This document shows, one piece after another, positions 7,890-17,510 of a stretch of 62,405 nucleotides of DNA. Numbering within the stretch: position 1 is the stretch's first letter; each line of letters starts with the position of its first letter. The DNA comes from a virus (taxonomy: Duplodnaviria; Caudoviricetes), in the IMG/VR virus record IMGVR_UViG_3300012665_000357, positions 1 to 62,405 of that record. The stretch is one strand, 5' to 3'. Below the pieces are notes generated by a model, which was not told the origin of the DNA, did not search any database, and saw only the letters and a list, made by a program, of their open reading frames with translations. The translations under genes were made by a program, and so were the position numbers.

Positions 7890-9062
7890 ATGTCAAATTA
7901 TCTAGACCCAATTGTTGATAAAATTGTAGTCGCTCGTGTTGGCTTGCTATTGCGTCATCCGTTTTTTGGCAACATGGCTACACGCCTTAAGATTGAGGAC
8001 GCTACTGAGTGGTGTGCTACTGCCGCAACAGACGGACGTCACTTATATTACAATAGAGACTTTTTTGCAGACTTGTCTGTTAAACAGGTCGAGTTCGTTG
8101 TAGCACACGAAATTCTACATAACGTTTTTGAACACATGCTCCGTGTAGAAGGACGTGATCGCAAGATATGGAACATTGCCGCTGACTATTCGGTTAATGG
8201 TACATTAACTCGTGACCGCATTGGGGAAGCTCCTCCAAAGATTAAAATCTTCCACGACACTAATCACTACGGCAAAAGTTCAGAACAAATCTATGATGAG
8301 ATTTATGAGCAGTATGACGATGAAGAATTAGAAGCACTAGGCGAGCTGTTAGACGAACACATTGACTGGGAGAAAGAAGGCAAAAATGGTCAGCCTGCTT
8401 ACTCTAAAGAAGAACTCAAACAAATCCGTGATGAGATCAAAGAAGCTATGATGACAGCGGCTCAGGCAGCGGGTGCAGGAAATGTACCTGCAGAGATTGG
8501 TCGTATGATCAAAGAGCTTACAGAGCCTAAGATGAACTGGCGTGAAATTCTGCGTCAGCAAATTCAAAGTACTATTAAGAACGACTATACCTTTATGCGC
8601 CCTAACCGCAAGGGATGGCACATGACAGCAATTTTGCCAGGTACTAATTACGACGAGACAATTGACATCTGTATTGGTATTGACATGTCTGGTTCTATTG
8701 GTGACGATCAAGCTAAAGACTTTATTAGTGAGATCAAAGGCATTATGGACGAGTACAAAGAGTACAAGATTAAACTGTGGTGCTTTGACACAAAGGTCTA
8801 TAATGAACAAGACTTTGACGGTTACGGCGAAGACATTATGGAATACGAAGTTAAAGGTGGCGGTGGTACAGAATTTGATGCTAACTGGGACTACATGAAA
8901 CAGCATGATATTATGCCTAAAAAGTTTATCATGTTTACAGACGGTTACCCATATGGCTCATGGGGCGATGAGAACTACTGCGACACGTTCTTTGTGATCC
9001 ACGGTAACAACTCTATTGTTCCACCATTCGGTGCTCACGCATACTACGAGTTTAAGAATTAA
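7890..9062 (+). CDS. HExxH metallopeptidase-like + vWA domain protein (DUF2201-like), MoxR partner
   Basis: TAATDG, AHEILH, WNIAADY; C-terminal MIDAS DMSGS, GGGGTEF, FTDG. Confidence 0.88.
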   Translation: MSNYLDPIVDKIVVARVGLLLRHPFFGNMATRLKIEDATEWCATAATDGRHLYYNRDFFADLSVKQVEFVVAHEILHNVFEHMLRVEGRDRKIWNIAADYSVNGTLTRDRIGEAPPKIKIFHDTNHYGKSSEQIYDEIYEQYDDEELEALGELLDEHIDWEKEGKNGQPAYSKEELKQIRDEIKEAMMTAAQAAGAGNVPAEIGRMIKELTEPKMNWREILRQQIQSTIKNDYTFMRPNRKGWHMTAILPGTNYDETIDICIGIDMSGSIGDDQAKDFISEIKGIMDEYKEYKIKLWCFDTKVYNEQDFDGYGEDIMEYEVKGGGGTEFDANWDYMKQHDIMPKKFIMFTDGYPYGSWGDENYCDTFFVIHGNNSIVPPFGAHAYYEFKN

Positions 9063-9337
9063 TGAGTTTAAAAACCAATAAAGTTAATACACTTAATGCG
9101 CTGGATTTAAGAAAAGTTTTATTTCCAGCGCATCATTTTCACTATACTTTGTTATCAAAATACAATCCATCGTATCATAAACAACTTGATCAATGGATTT
9201 ATTCTAACTTAAATAGTCGTTATTACATAGGACAAGCAGTCGATTTAATAGACAATACTATTGTATTTGTTACTAAAATAGGATTTGAGCAAGAAAAAGA
9301 ACTTAGTTTCTTCAAACTTGCATGCCCACATTTGTAA
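9062..9337 (+). CDS. hypothetical protein
   Basis: TAATG overlap; 91 aa. Confidence 0.8.
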   Translation: MSLKTNKVNTLNALDLRKVLFPAHHFHYTLLSKYNPSYHKQLDQWIYSNLNSRYYIGQAVDLIDNTIVFVTKIGFEQEKELSFFKLACPHL

Positions 9338-9382
9338 ACTATGATAATTAATATACATATATAACTTATATAAGGAGACCAT

Positions 9383-9604
9383 ATGACCGAAGAAACTACA
9401 ACAGAAACTACAGCCGCTCCAGAAGCAGCCGCACAAGAAAGCACAGATTTAAACATTAATGATTTAAACTCTATGCGTATGATTATTGATCTAGCAAGTT
9501 CTAGAGGTGCATTTAAACCTGGAGAAATGGTTGTTGTTGGCCAAACATATAATAAATTAACAGCTTTTTTAAGTAGTGTTCAAAAGCAACAAGGAGCCCA
9601 GTAA
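9383..9604 (+). CDS. hypothetical protein
   Basis: AAGGAG SD; GATAATTA late-like motif at 9343-9350. Confidence 0.85.
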   Translation: MTEETTTETTAAPEAAAQESTDLNINDLNSMRMIIDLASSRGAFKPGEMVVVGQTYNKLTAFLSSVQKQQGAQ

Positions 9605-10212
9605 TGGCTGATATCAAACACGTTGGTAGAGTTAATACCACTGGACGTAAATGTATAGTTGTGTTCCGTACTTTGCCAGGTGATGCATTTAATGCATTAA
9701 TTGTTCCTACTGAACTTCTTAGTGATTCTTACCACGATGCGTTAATTAATTTTGTTGAGTCAACAGCAGGACAAGACGCATACGAACTAGGAGAAGCACT
9801 GGCTAGAGGATTGTTCCCAGACGGGAATAAAATGTTAGATGCATTGCACTTAACTGGAAGATTAGTTAAAATCCCTACAGACCAAATTGACATGATTCCA
9901 AATCCTAGCGTTCGTGTTAAGCTATCTGAATTAAATCAAATTATTGCCGAACAACGTGGAGTAAGTGTTCAAGACTTACCAGTTAAGCCGCCGGCTGGAA
10001 AAGAAGTGCCGCCTACAGCAAAAAAAGAAGCTGTACAAACTGAAATTAAAGAAGCTGTTAATACAACAACATCTTTAGATAATCTTACTCCAGAAGAGCA
10101 AGCTAAGAAGTTTCGCAGTGATGCAGATCGATTAAGCAAAGAGGCTGCGGCACTCAGACGTCAAGCTGAAGATTTAGTACCTACTAAAAAGAAGGCTATT
10201 ACCTCAGAGTGA
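9604..10212 (+). CDS. hypothetical protein
   Basis: GGAG SD, TAATG overlap; C-terminal coiled coil. Confidence 0.85.
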   Translation: MADIKHVGRVNTTGRKCIVVFRTLPGDAFNALIVPTELLSDSYHDALINFVESTAGQDAYELGEALARGLFPDGNKMLDALHLTGRLVKIPTDQIDMIPNPSVRVKLSELNQIIAEQRGVSVQDLPVKPPAGKEVPPTAKKEAVQTEIKEAVNTTTSLDNLTPEEQAKKFRSDADRLSKEAAALRRQAEDLVPTKKKAITSE

Positions 10213-10526
10213 CAAAAGGGAAAGTTTTTCCCAAAAACATTATAGATAAATGGCCTGAAGTTTTCGGCGAAGTCGAACTAAAGGTCATTCCTCTAAAATA
10301 CTTACATGCTGTACATATAACCTTTAAAGATAAAAAGGTTTGGGAAATAGATATTAAAAAGTCAGCAAGGGCAAACTGGGATGATTTTGAATCTCATCTT
10401 AAGGAACTTCTTGCCAACTATGAAGAACACATAGAAAACATAGATTTTCAATTAGATACTGAGCAAATTAAAAAAGACATAACAAAAATAACCAACAAAT
10501 TCTTAAAAAGAAAGACACTTAGATGA
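10209..10526 (+). CDS. hypothetical protein
   Basis: GTGA overlap; 105 aa. Confidence 0.75.
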   Translation: MTKGKVFPKNIIDKWPEVFGEVELKVIPLKYLHAVHITFKDKKVWEIDIKKSARANWDDFESHLKELLANYEEHIENIDFQLDTEQIKKDITKITNKFLKRKTLR

Positions 10527-11197
10527 AAGTTAAACTAGTATCACACTCACAACCAACAGACGAGTTTCGTCAACACAATGTTACAGATGCATTAGATCTT
10601 GTTGCGTATTGTGCTCGAGTAAGCAATCCTGCTAATCAGTTTAATACAGAAACAAGCGAAAAACTAATTAAATATTTGATTAAACATCAACACTGGTCAC
10701 CTCTTGAAATGGTCAGTGCTTGTATTGAAATTGAAACCACACGTGATATTGCTAGACAAATTCTACGTCATCGCAGCTTTAGTTTTCAAGAGTTTAGTCA
10801 ACGCTATGCTGACCCCACAGCAGAACTTGACGAAGCATTTGTATTGCGTGAGGCTAGATGGCAAGATACAAAAAATCGTCAGAATAGTGTAGAAGCAGAT
10901 ATGGATGACGAGGCACAAAAACTAATTGCCATCGAATGGGAACGTGCTCAGAAGCGAGTGTTGTTTTCTGTCAAACAAGAGTATGCGTGGGCTATCAAGA
11001 ACGGTATTGCTAAAGAACAAGCAAGAGCAGTACTGCCTGAAGGTCTTACAATTAGCCGTATGTATATGAATGGTACATTACGTAGTTGGATACACTACAT
11101 TGATCTACGTAAAGAAAACGGTACACAAAAAGAACACATGGAAATTGCGTTAGCGTGTGCTAAAATTATTGCAGAAATTTTTCCGCTAGATCGTTAA
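10523..11197 (+). CDS. thyX: flavin-dependent thymidylate synthase
   Basis: HWSPLE, signature RHRSFSFQEFSQRY, KEQARAVLP, TQKEH. Confidence 0.95.
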   Translation: MKVKLVSHSQPTDEFRQHNVTDALDLVAYCARVSNPANQFNTETSEKLIKYLIKHQHWSPLEMVSACIEIETTRDIARQILRHRSFSFQEFSQRYADPTAELDEAFVLREARWQDTKNRQNSVEADMDDEAQKLIAIEWERAQKRVLFSVKQEYAWAIKNGIAKEQARAVLPEGLTISRMYMNGTLRSWIHYIDLRKENGTQKEHMEIALACAKIIAEIFPLDR

Positions 11198-12363
11198 TTT
11201 TCAAAAGTCGTATCGCCCGGCCACAGAGGTAACTTTGTTCCGGGCGCTCTCTTGGGTATTTTACTATCAGCACTACTTACACAGCTATCGCTGATACAAG
11301 GCTTAGGCCCATCAAACAATTTAAATCCTGTCTCAATATTCCCTAGGGGAGAATCACCGCAACTGTAACTACGTTTAATACTGCCGTCGGGTTCGCGAAT
11401 AATAATTCCTCTATAACCGCTTGAACATTCCCAGTCTTTAAATTTGTTAAAATTAAACGCATTAAAACGTTCTGCTTGATCCATATACCAAATCTTATGT
11501 TCGCTATCTCTAAACTCTACTTGAAAGTGCTGTGGTACTTTACTCTGTGCCTCTTGATATATGGGATCGGGTGTTTTAAAGAACTTAGGTTCGGGTCTTT
11601 TTACCAGTTTGGCGAGTGCGCTTTTTGTCTCGGTAAACGCTCGTTGAGGCATACCGTTGTGTAGTCGCTTTAACATCTCAGGAGTATATCCATCTACTAC
11701 TCGACTGGCAGTAGGATCGCTTTGCGGTTTTAGTGTTACATTGATACCTTGATTGTGAAAGAAAAGTGCATTTTCAAAATCACGATCAAACCATTCAGGA
11801 ACCATAACTTGATTGATGGTTATTTGAACATCGTGTTTCTGACAAAGTATTAACTTGTCAGCAAATTCCTGCATCTTCTCAGGGGTGTCTACATGTTCTG
11901 TGTGCAGACTAGCAGTGATACTAGCACGATGAAACTTGCTTACAGCAGGGCAATACTTTTCTTCAAACCATTTAAGTGAGCGACTCATATTGCTGGTCAT
12001 GTGTACACTGGTATAATTTGTATTGTCTACATCATCATTTAAGTAATTAAGGATATCAATGTAACCAGGATGGAAGGTAGGCTCGCCGCCACTAAGACTA
12101 AAATGGAAACTATTAAAATTGCGTTCTCGGGCTTGTCGTTTGATTTCATCTATTGTACGTAAACACAGTTCTGTTGGTCTGTGGTCCTTGCTATCACTGC
12201 GGGCATAGGGCCAGCAATAGCTGCAACGGTAATTGCAGTAACGACCCAACAGCCAACTGACTGTAAAGAGATCTTTGTATAACATTGTACGTTGTCCTAC
12301 ACGAACAATATCATTGTAAGGTATTTGTGTGAAGTCATACGCTGACCAGCTTAAATCATTCAT
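11194..12363 (-). CDS. radical SAM protein (class C, C-terminal Cys cluster)
   Basis: CNYRCSYC, SGGEP, C-terminal WECSSG...SC...PCISDSC. Confidence 0.92.
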   Translation of the reverse strand: MNDLSWSAYDFTQIPYNDIVRVGQRTMLYKDLFTVSWLLGRYCNYRCSYCWPYARSDSKDHRPTELCLRTIDEIKRQARERNFNSFHFSLSGGEPTFHPGYIDILNYLNDDVDNTNYTSVHMTSNMSRSLKWFEEKYCPAVSKFHRASITASLHTEHVDTPEKMQEFADKLILCQKHDVQITINQVMVPEWFDRDFENALFFHNQGINVTLKPQSDPTASRVVDGYTPEMLKRLHNGMPQRAFTETKSALAKLVKRPEPKFFKTPDPIYQEAQSKVPQHFQVEFRDSEHKIWYMDQAERFNAFNFNKFKDWECSSGYRGIIIREPDGSIKRSYSCGDSPLGNIETGFKLFDGPKPCISDSCVSSADSKIPKRAPGTKLPLWPGDTTFEN

Positions 12364-12910
12364 AAGGTTGTTGTAGTGGATCTATACTAATTTCGTTAAT
12401 ACAGATATCGGCTGGTTGTTCTAATAACCACTTAATATATATCGCTGCTCTATCTATATCCAAACATTTTCTTGTAGGATGTTTTGATTGTACATTACTC
12501 AAACTACCAAAACTAACTAAGGTAATTTTAGGACCTTTATCCCAAACCCCATTCATGCCTAGTGTATTACAGTAGTCTCTTAATGCTTTCTTTTCTGCAT
12601 TGTATAACCAGGCGCCGCCTTTCTTTACACGATCGGTAGTAGACCCAATACAGATAATGTAAGGTCTGTGATTGTTCTCTGTACATTTTTTGTAAACTGC
12701 GTCTAATAACACCGTCTGATTGAATTTCCATAAAGCACTACAGTTAATAAAAACATTATATTCCAATGCTAAATCTGCCAATCTTTTTTGATCATCATTT
12801 GCTGTTAGATCAAAGCCTGTAGTTCGACTAGCAAAAAAAGCATCTGGGTACAGTTTAAATAATTCAGCAGCAAGGCCGTAATTTTTATTTCCTGCTACTA
12901 GTATTTTCAT
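12356..12910 (-). CDS. short-chain dehydrogenase/reductase-like protein
   Basis: N-terminal Rossmann-like KILVAG..YGL, VFINCS, IGS and YNAEK (YxxxK); start revised to ATG 12910. Confidence 0.75.
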   Translation of the reverse strand: MKILVAGNKNYGLAAELFKLYPDAFFASRTTGFDLTANDDQKRLADLALEYNVFINCSALWKFNQTVLLDAVYKKCTENNHRPYIICIGSTTDRVKKGGAWLYNAEKKALRDYCNTLGMNGVWDKGPKITLVSFGSLSNVQSKHPTRKCLDIDRAAIYIKWLLEQPADICINEISIDPLQQPYE

Positions 12911-12935
12911 TATTTGCAAATATAGTAAATTTGAT

Positions 12936-13565
12936 TTAAGGAGACAATGTAAATTTAATTTCTTTAAATTTTAAATCAGTAGTGTTTATCTGCATAAACT
13001 TTGCATTATTTCCGTTCAATTTCACGTAGCCCAAAGCTGCCAATCTTACTACACCATTCTTCAGATTATTTGTTTCAACATCGTTTAGCGGTTCTTGTAA
13101 AGTTCTGTCTTGATTTTTAATATTCCAATTCTTAGTCACGTTCCAATGTGATAGTGTTTTTAAATTCTGATCTATAGGATTTACATCAAATCTCAAAGTA
13201 GGTGTAGTAAATATTGCTGGACAGTTAAGTACATCTTGAATATCGGCTTCTAAGAAACAACCTTCTTCTTTTCCGTCATCGAAACATCTATAATTTTCTG
13301 AAAAGACAAAAATTATTTTAGAGTCTTCAAATCCAAAATTTTCAATTTTATTTGAATTTAAAACTGATAGATTTGAAGAAAGGTTAGATCCCTCTTCAAA
13401 CATTTTATAGAATACTTTCAACCACTCAATAGCTAGTCCATGATTATAGACTCTAAAACCTAAAATAATTTGATCTTTCGATTGATTTTCTAAATGAAAT
13501 TCTAGTTGGTTTCCTAGAGAAATTTCATCATCCCAATCTTTGTAATATCTTGAAGTATCAACCAT
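12936..13565 (-). CDS. hypothetical protein
   Basis: 209-aa ORF coupled within the operon. Confidence 0.7.
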   Translation of the reverse strand: MVDTSRYYKDWDDEISLGNQLEFHLENQSKDQIILGFRVYNHGLAIEWLKVFYKMFEEGSNLSSNLSVLNSNKIENFGFEDSKIIFVFSENYRCFDDGKEEGCFLEADIQDVLNCPAIFTTPTLRFDVNPIDQNLKTLSHWNVTKNWNIKNQDRTLQEPLNDVETNNLKNGVVRLAALGYVKLNGNNAKFMQINTTDLKFKEIKFTLSP

Positions 13566-14229
13566 AAGTACCGAACCCCCATTTTCTTTCTTGGCACCAC
13601 CAGCATTTCATACGTTTACAAGGTGTGTTGTAAACGTAAACATTATCGATTTCGCAACTTCTAGTTAGAGGAAAAATTTTATCAAAAACTCCCTCATTGT
13701 GATAGATGCTGGCAACTCCTTGTTTGTCAATATTAGAAAGAGGATTGTAACTACTTAAACTCCAGGTTGGGTGCGGTTGACCATTTGGTAAAGGATCTCT
13801 TTCTAGGTCTCTGCCAGGAATCATACATTCGGCAACATCAAAGGGAGGATTAGCGGTTACTCCCCAAACATGACAATCTATCATTTCTTCCACGTAAAGC
13901 CTTTTCAAATGTTCTCCTTGGGCAGAACGTATAGTTTTAGTTTCCATGTGAAATACGTAATGTTCTTCATAGAATGTATTTTTATCAATATCCAGTAAGT
14001 TAGCTACAGTATTTTTTATGTCAGTAGCTTTGATATACTGCCACGGTCTTGTTCTAACTATTCCAGTTATTGGAAAAATTTTAATATCTGGTCTTTCAGT
14101 TTTTTTATATTTTGACAAGAGATAAAACAGTAGAGCACTATCAATCCCTCCTGAAATTTTTATTCCAACTTTTTTAAAGTGTTCTGGGATTTCAAAATTA
14201 AAATCCCCCTGATTACATTTCACAAGCAT
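13558..14229 (-). CDS. QueC-like PP-loop ATP pyrophosphatase
   Basis: ISGGIDSA PP-loop; PL..DK..V, TRSC-x11-C-x4-C-x2-C putative Zn site followed by ER. Confidence 0.75.
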   Translation of the reverse strand: MLVKCNQGDFNFEIPEHFKKVGIKISGGIDSALLFYLLSKYKKTERPDIKIFPITGIVRTRPWQYIKATDIKNTVANLLDIDKNTFYEEHYVFHMETKTIRSAQGEHLKRLYVEEMIDCHVWGVTANPPFDVAECMIPGRDLERDPLPNGQPHPTWSLSSYNPLSNIDKQGVASIYHNEGVFDKIFPLTRSCEIDNVYVYNTPCKRMKCWWCQERKWGFGTYG

Positions 14230-14230
14230 G

Positions 14231-15421
14231 TTATATTTTCACCTTATTATGAATAACTCTGTTATTTAATCCGCATTTCTCGGCACACGTAGAAATTCGG
14301 CCATCTTCTATTTTTTTAATTTTCCAACTTTCGATAATGTCTCGAAAGTAACTGCTTTCCATTATATCTTTTATTGATCTACTGTCTGTAACTACAAGAT
14401 TGTCAAATCCTTGAACTTTTTCTACAATTTTTTTATATGATTCGTCAACTTGAATTACTCTTCCAGTTCTGCCACCGAGATAGCAGCAAGGAACTATTTC
14501 GCCCCTAGCAGTGATATAAATTTCATGTTTTTTCCAAACAGAGCATTCTATTGTAGCATTTTCTAATTGTTCTAGTGTGAATTCTTTGGGTTTAAAATCA
14601 CTAGCCGGTTCTAATGTATGTGTAGATTTTTTTGTTTTTAAATCGCTGACATTATATTTGAAATTGGCCGGAATTGTAATAGGTTGTGATTTATCCAAAG
14701 GGGTTGACATAAACAAAACGCCGGGCGGCGGACTAGATTTTCTTACAATTGTTTCTTCTAATTCTAATAACTTTTTTGTATTTTCTATATTTTCAACTGG
14801 CATAGAAATTGTATCGTTATTTTTTACAAATCTATTTGTAAGTTTAAAATTACATTCTTGAAATTCTAGTTCTTTTGCAAGTTTTTTTACTGCATCTTGT
14901 TGATGTTCGTTATGCTTGAATATTAAAAATTGCCATTTTGCGTGTCCACCTGCTTGAATAAAGGCTTTGACATTTTCCATTAACTTGTGCCATTGTACAT
15001 TTCTTCTGTACAAGTGATTGGTATCTTCTAATCCATCTATGCTAAAAGAAACAAATCTTTTATCCGAATTGCAAATTTGTGCCAGCTCTCTCCACCAGCT
15101 TTGCGATCGAACTCCTCCATTGGTACTGATTTCAAAACTAATATTAGGATTGCATTCTACTAGATATTTCAATTGATCTATTAATTCTTTAGCAGTAATG
15201 GGATCACCGACAACTCCGCAGAAGTTGATAAAATGTAATTGTTTGACAAACTCTGGAGGAAAAATTATCTTAAAATACTGTAAATCAATCACACTGTGTG
15301 TTAACTCGGGATTAGGTCTTGATCCTCTACCGCTAAATCTTGCACACATTGGACAAGCAGCATTACAGACTTCACTGACTTCCAGATGTATATGTCGCAC
15401 TTCAGAATAATCAAAAAACAT
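14231..15421 (-). CDS. radical SAM protein with C-terminal SPASM/twitch domain (class B)
   Basis: CNAACPMC, GDP, STNGG, SIDGLEDTNHLYR, C..PCC..CAEKC. Confidence 0.92.
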   Translation of the reverse strand: MFFDYSEVRHIHLEVSEVCNAACPMCARFSGRGSRPNPELTHSVIDLQYFKIIFPPEFVKQLHFINFCGVVGDPITAKELIDQLKYLVECNPNISFEISTNGGVRSQSWWRELAQICNSDKRFVSFSIDGLEDTNHLYRRNVQWHKLMENVKAFIQAGGHAKWQFLIFKHNEHQQDAVKKLAKELEFQECNFKLTNRFVKNNDTISMPVENIENTKKLLELEETIVRKSSPPPGVLFMSTPLDKSQPITIPANFKYNVSDLKTKKSTHTLEPASDFKPKEFTLEQLENATIECSVWKKHEIYITARGEIVPCCYLGGRTGRVIQVDESYKKIVEKVQGFDNLVVTDSRSIKDIMESSYFRDIIESWKIKKIEDGRISTCAEKCGLNNRVIHNKVKI

Positions 15422-15423
15422 AA

Positions 15424-16458
15424 TTAATCCTTAATTAACCAAAAATATTTCATATCTTTAACTTTTTTCACTGATATCTCTGGAGCACAATGACATCTTG
15501 TTATACCACAGATTACTGGCTCAACTGGTAATTCAAAATTTTGATCTTGTATATTTCCCAGTGATCCACCTTGTTGACAGTTACCTCTGTACACTGTTCC
15601 GTCCCACCATATGTGTAAATGATCTATTCCTGCCCAACAGGTCCATCCTAGAAAATTATTTTTTTCTGCACCTGAAATTTCATTTACGTGAACATTTTGT
15701 TTTTGTACTTCATCGTTTTCTTCAAAGAAAATAGTGGTGTTGGACAATTCGTTAGACTTGGCATTTGCTTCAACTGCTTCAAATTTAGAAGAAGTATCGG
15801 GAACAATACTTATACTATCCTTGCCTGGTTGATTTTTGAAAAACCATGTCAATTGTTGCTCGTCATATTCTAATCCGTTTCTATGAAGTGCGCCTTTATC
15901 TCGTATTCTTCTGAGTGTATACTTAATATTATTATTTTTATAAAATTCGATAGCTTCTTTACATGCTTCAAAATATTTAGAATGAAACATTACCTGTACT
16001 ATTAAATTTTTCCCCAACGGTTTATTATCATTTAATTCTTTAACTTTTGGTAAAAAATCAGAATTAGAAGCGTGTTCGAAATGTTGAGAGAATGTGTAAT
16101 TATTAACAAATTCCCATAAATCAAAAAAGTATTTTGTAGTTCTAGTTCCGTTAGTGGTAACAGATATTTTACGAATTCCTAAACCGGATAGATGTTTACA
16201 ATAGTCATAGAAACTGGGATTAACTGTTGGTTCTCCTCCGGTAAATCCTATTTTAATATTAGACGGTTCAAAGTTTTTTAAAAAAACCTTTGACGCATTT
16301 ATGAGACTATCTAAAGAAATGTGGGGACTAGAATTATCATGTATATCCGGTGTACAATAACTGCAATCATAATTGCAACGTTTACCTATAAACCAATCAA
16401 TAGTCAGCTTATTTTTTTCAAAAATTCTATCTATAGCAATTAATTCTTTGTCAACCAT
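15424..16458 (-). CDS. radical SAM protein (class C)
   Basis: CNYDCSYC, TGGEPT, TTNG, WTCWAG..GNC..ICGITRCHC. Confidence 0.92.
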   Translation of the reverse strand: MVDKELIAIDRIFEKNKLTIDWFIGKRCNYDCSYCTPDIHDNSSPHISLDSLINASKVFLKNFEPSNIKIGFTGGEPTVNPSFYDYCKHLSGLGIRKISVTTNGTRTTKYFFDLWEFVNNYTFSQHFEHASNSDFLPKVKELNDNKPLGKNLIVQVMFHSKYFEACKEAIEFYKNNNIKYTLRRIRDKGALHRNGLEYDEQQLTWFFKNQPGKDSISIVPDTSSKFEAVEANAKSNELSNTTIFFEENDEVQKQNVHVNEISGAEKNNFLGWTCWAGIDHLHIWWDGTVYRGNCQQGGSLGNIQDQNFELPVEPVICGITRCHCAPEISVKKVKDMKYFWLIKD

Positions 16459-17510
16459 TGTTCTTCAATCCTTTGATTATTTTTAGTTTCGAATTCTGTC
16501 CCACAGGTAATACCGCAAACAGAAAGTCGATCACTAGTTGTCCAACTTTTCACTAGATTTTCTTCAAACCAAGAGTGAGACATTATTTTTTCGAGAGTGT
16601 GAGTATGAAGATCATTGAAGTCTTCTCCGTACAATTTATAGAGATTTAAAGTTGAACTTTTTTCATTGCCATGCACATGTCCCATCCAGCAACATGGCCA
16701 AACCTTTCCTTGAAAATCTATATATAGCGATTTTTCTTTTTGAGTTTTGCAAGTGATTGCTGTCATTTTAATATAATTTTCAAAACTTCCATATTTCTTA
16801 ATAGCTCGATTTACATTTTCATCATGAATAGTTGCTTTGCGAGATTCTTTTATTATTTGATTTTTTTTATTTACTATAGATCTATCTACCATCATCATAA
16901 CACCAGCTGGTGGTGATTTAAACTCTATTTTTTCCTCTAGTCCAGTCAATACAAATCTACTGCTAACTTTGGTAGTAAATTTTTTAAATTTTAAATCTGT
17001 GGCTAATTTTTTTGCTTGTTCAACTTGATGTTCGTTGTGTTGAAAAATTAGAAAAGCCCACTCGGCTTGGCCTCCAGCATTTATAAAAGTTTTAACATTA
17101 GAAATGAGTTTATTCCAATTTACACCTACTCTATAAATATGATTTGTATCTTCAAGACCGTCAATTCCAAAAACAACACGAATTTTTCTTTCCCCCAATT
17201 GTCTCCAAAAGTCTGTGTCTCTTGCACCACCATTTGTATGCAAAGAAACATTGGGACATCCGTTGTCTACAAACCAGTCAACAAAATCTGCACAATGAGG
17301 GTGTGCAATAGGATCTCCGTAATTTCCACAACTGTACATATACTGCACGTTTTTAATAAGGTCTGGAGTAAACCATTCTTTAAAAGAATCCATACTTATC
17401 ATTTCTAAGGGTAGCGATGCGTTACCTGTTCTAGCACATTGCGGACAACGAGCATTGCAATAGCTGGTCCATTCGATATGCAACCGTTCGATTTTATCTA
17501 GATATTTCAT
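16440..17510 (-). CDS. radical SAM protein with C-terminal SPASM/twitch domain (class B)
   Basis: CNARCPQC, GNYGDP, HTNGG, IDGLEDTNHIYR, WPCCW, CGITCG. Confidence 0.92.
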   Translation of the reverse strand: MKYLDKIERLHIEWTSYCNARCPQCARTGNASLPLEMISMDSFKEWFTPDLIKNVQYMYSCGNYGDPIAHPHCADFVDWFVDNGCPNVSLHTNGGARDTDFWRQLGERKIRVVFGIDGLEDTNHIYRVGVNWNKLISNVKTFINAGGQAEWAFLIFQHNEHQVEQAKKLATDLKFKKFTTKVSSRFVLTGLEEKIEFKSPPAGVMMMVDRSIVNKKNQIIKESRKATIHDENVNRAIKKYGSFENYIKMTAITCKTQKEKSLYIDFQGKVWPCCWMGHVHGNEKSSTLNLYKLYGEDFNDLHTHTLEKIMSHSWFEENLVKSWTTSDRLSVCGITCGTEFETKNNQRIEEQWLTKN

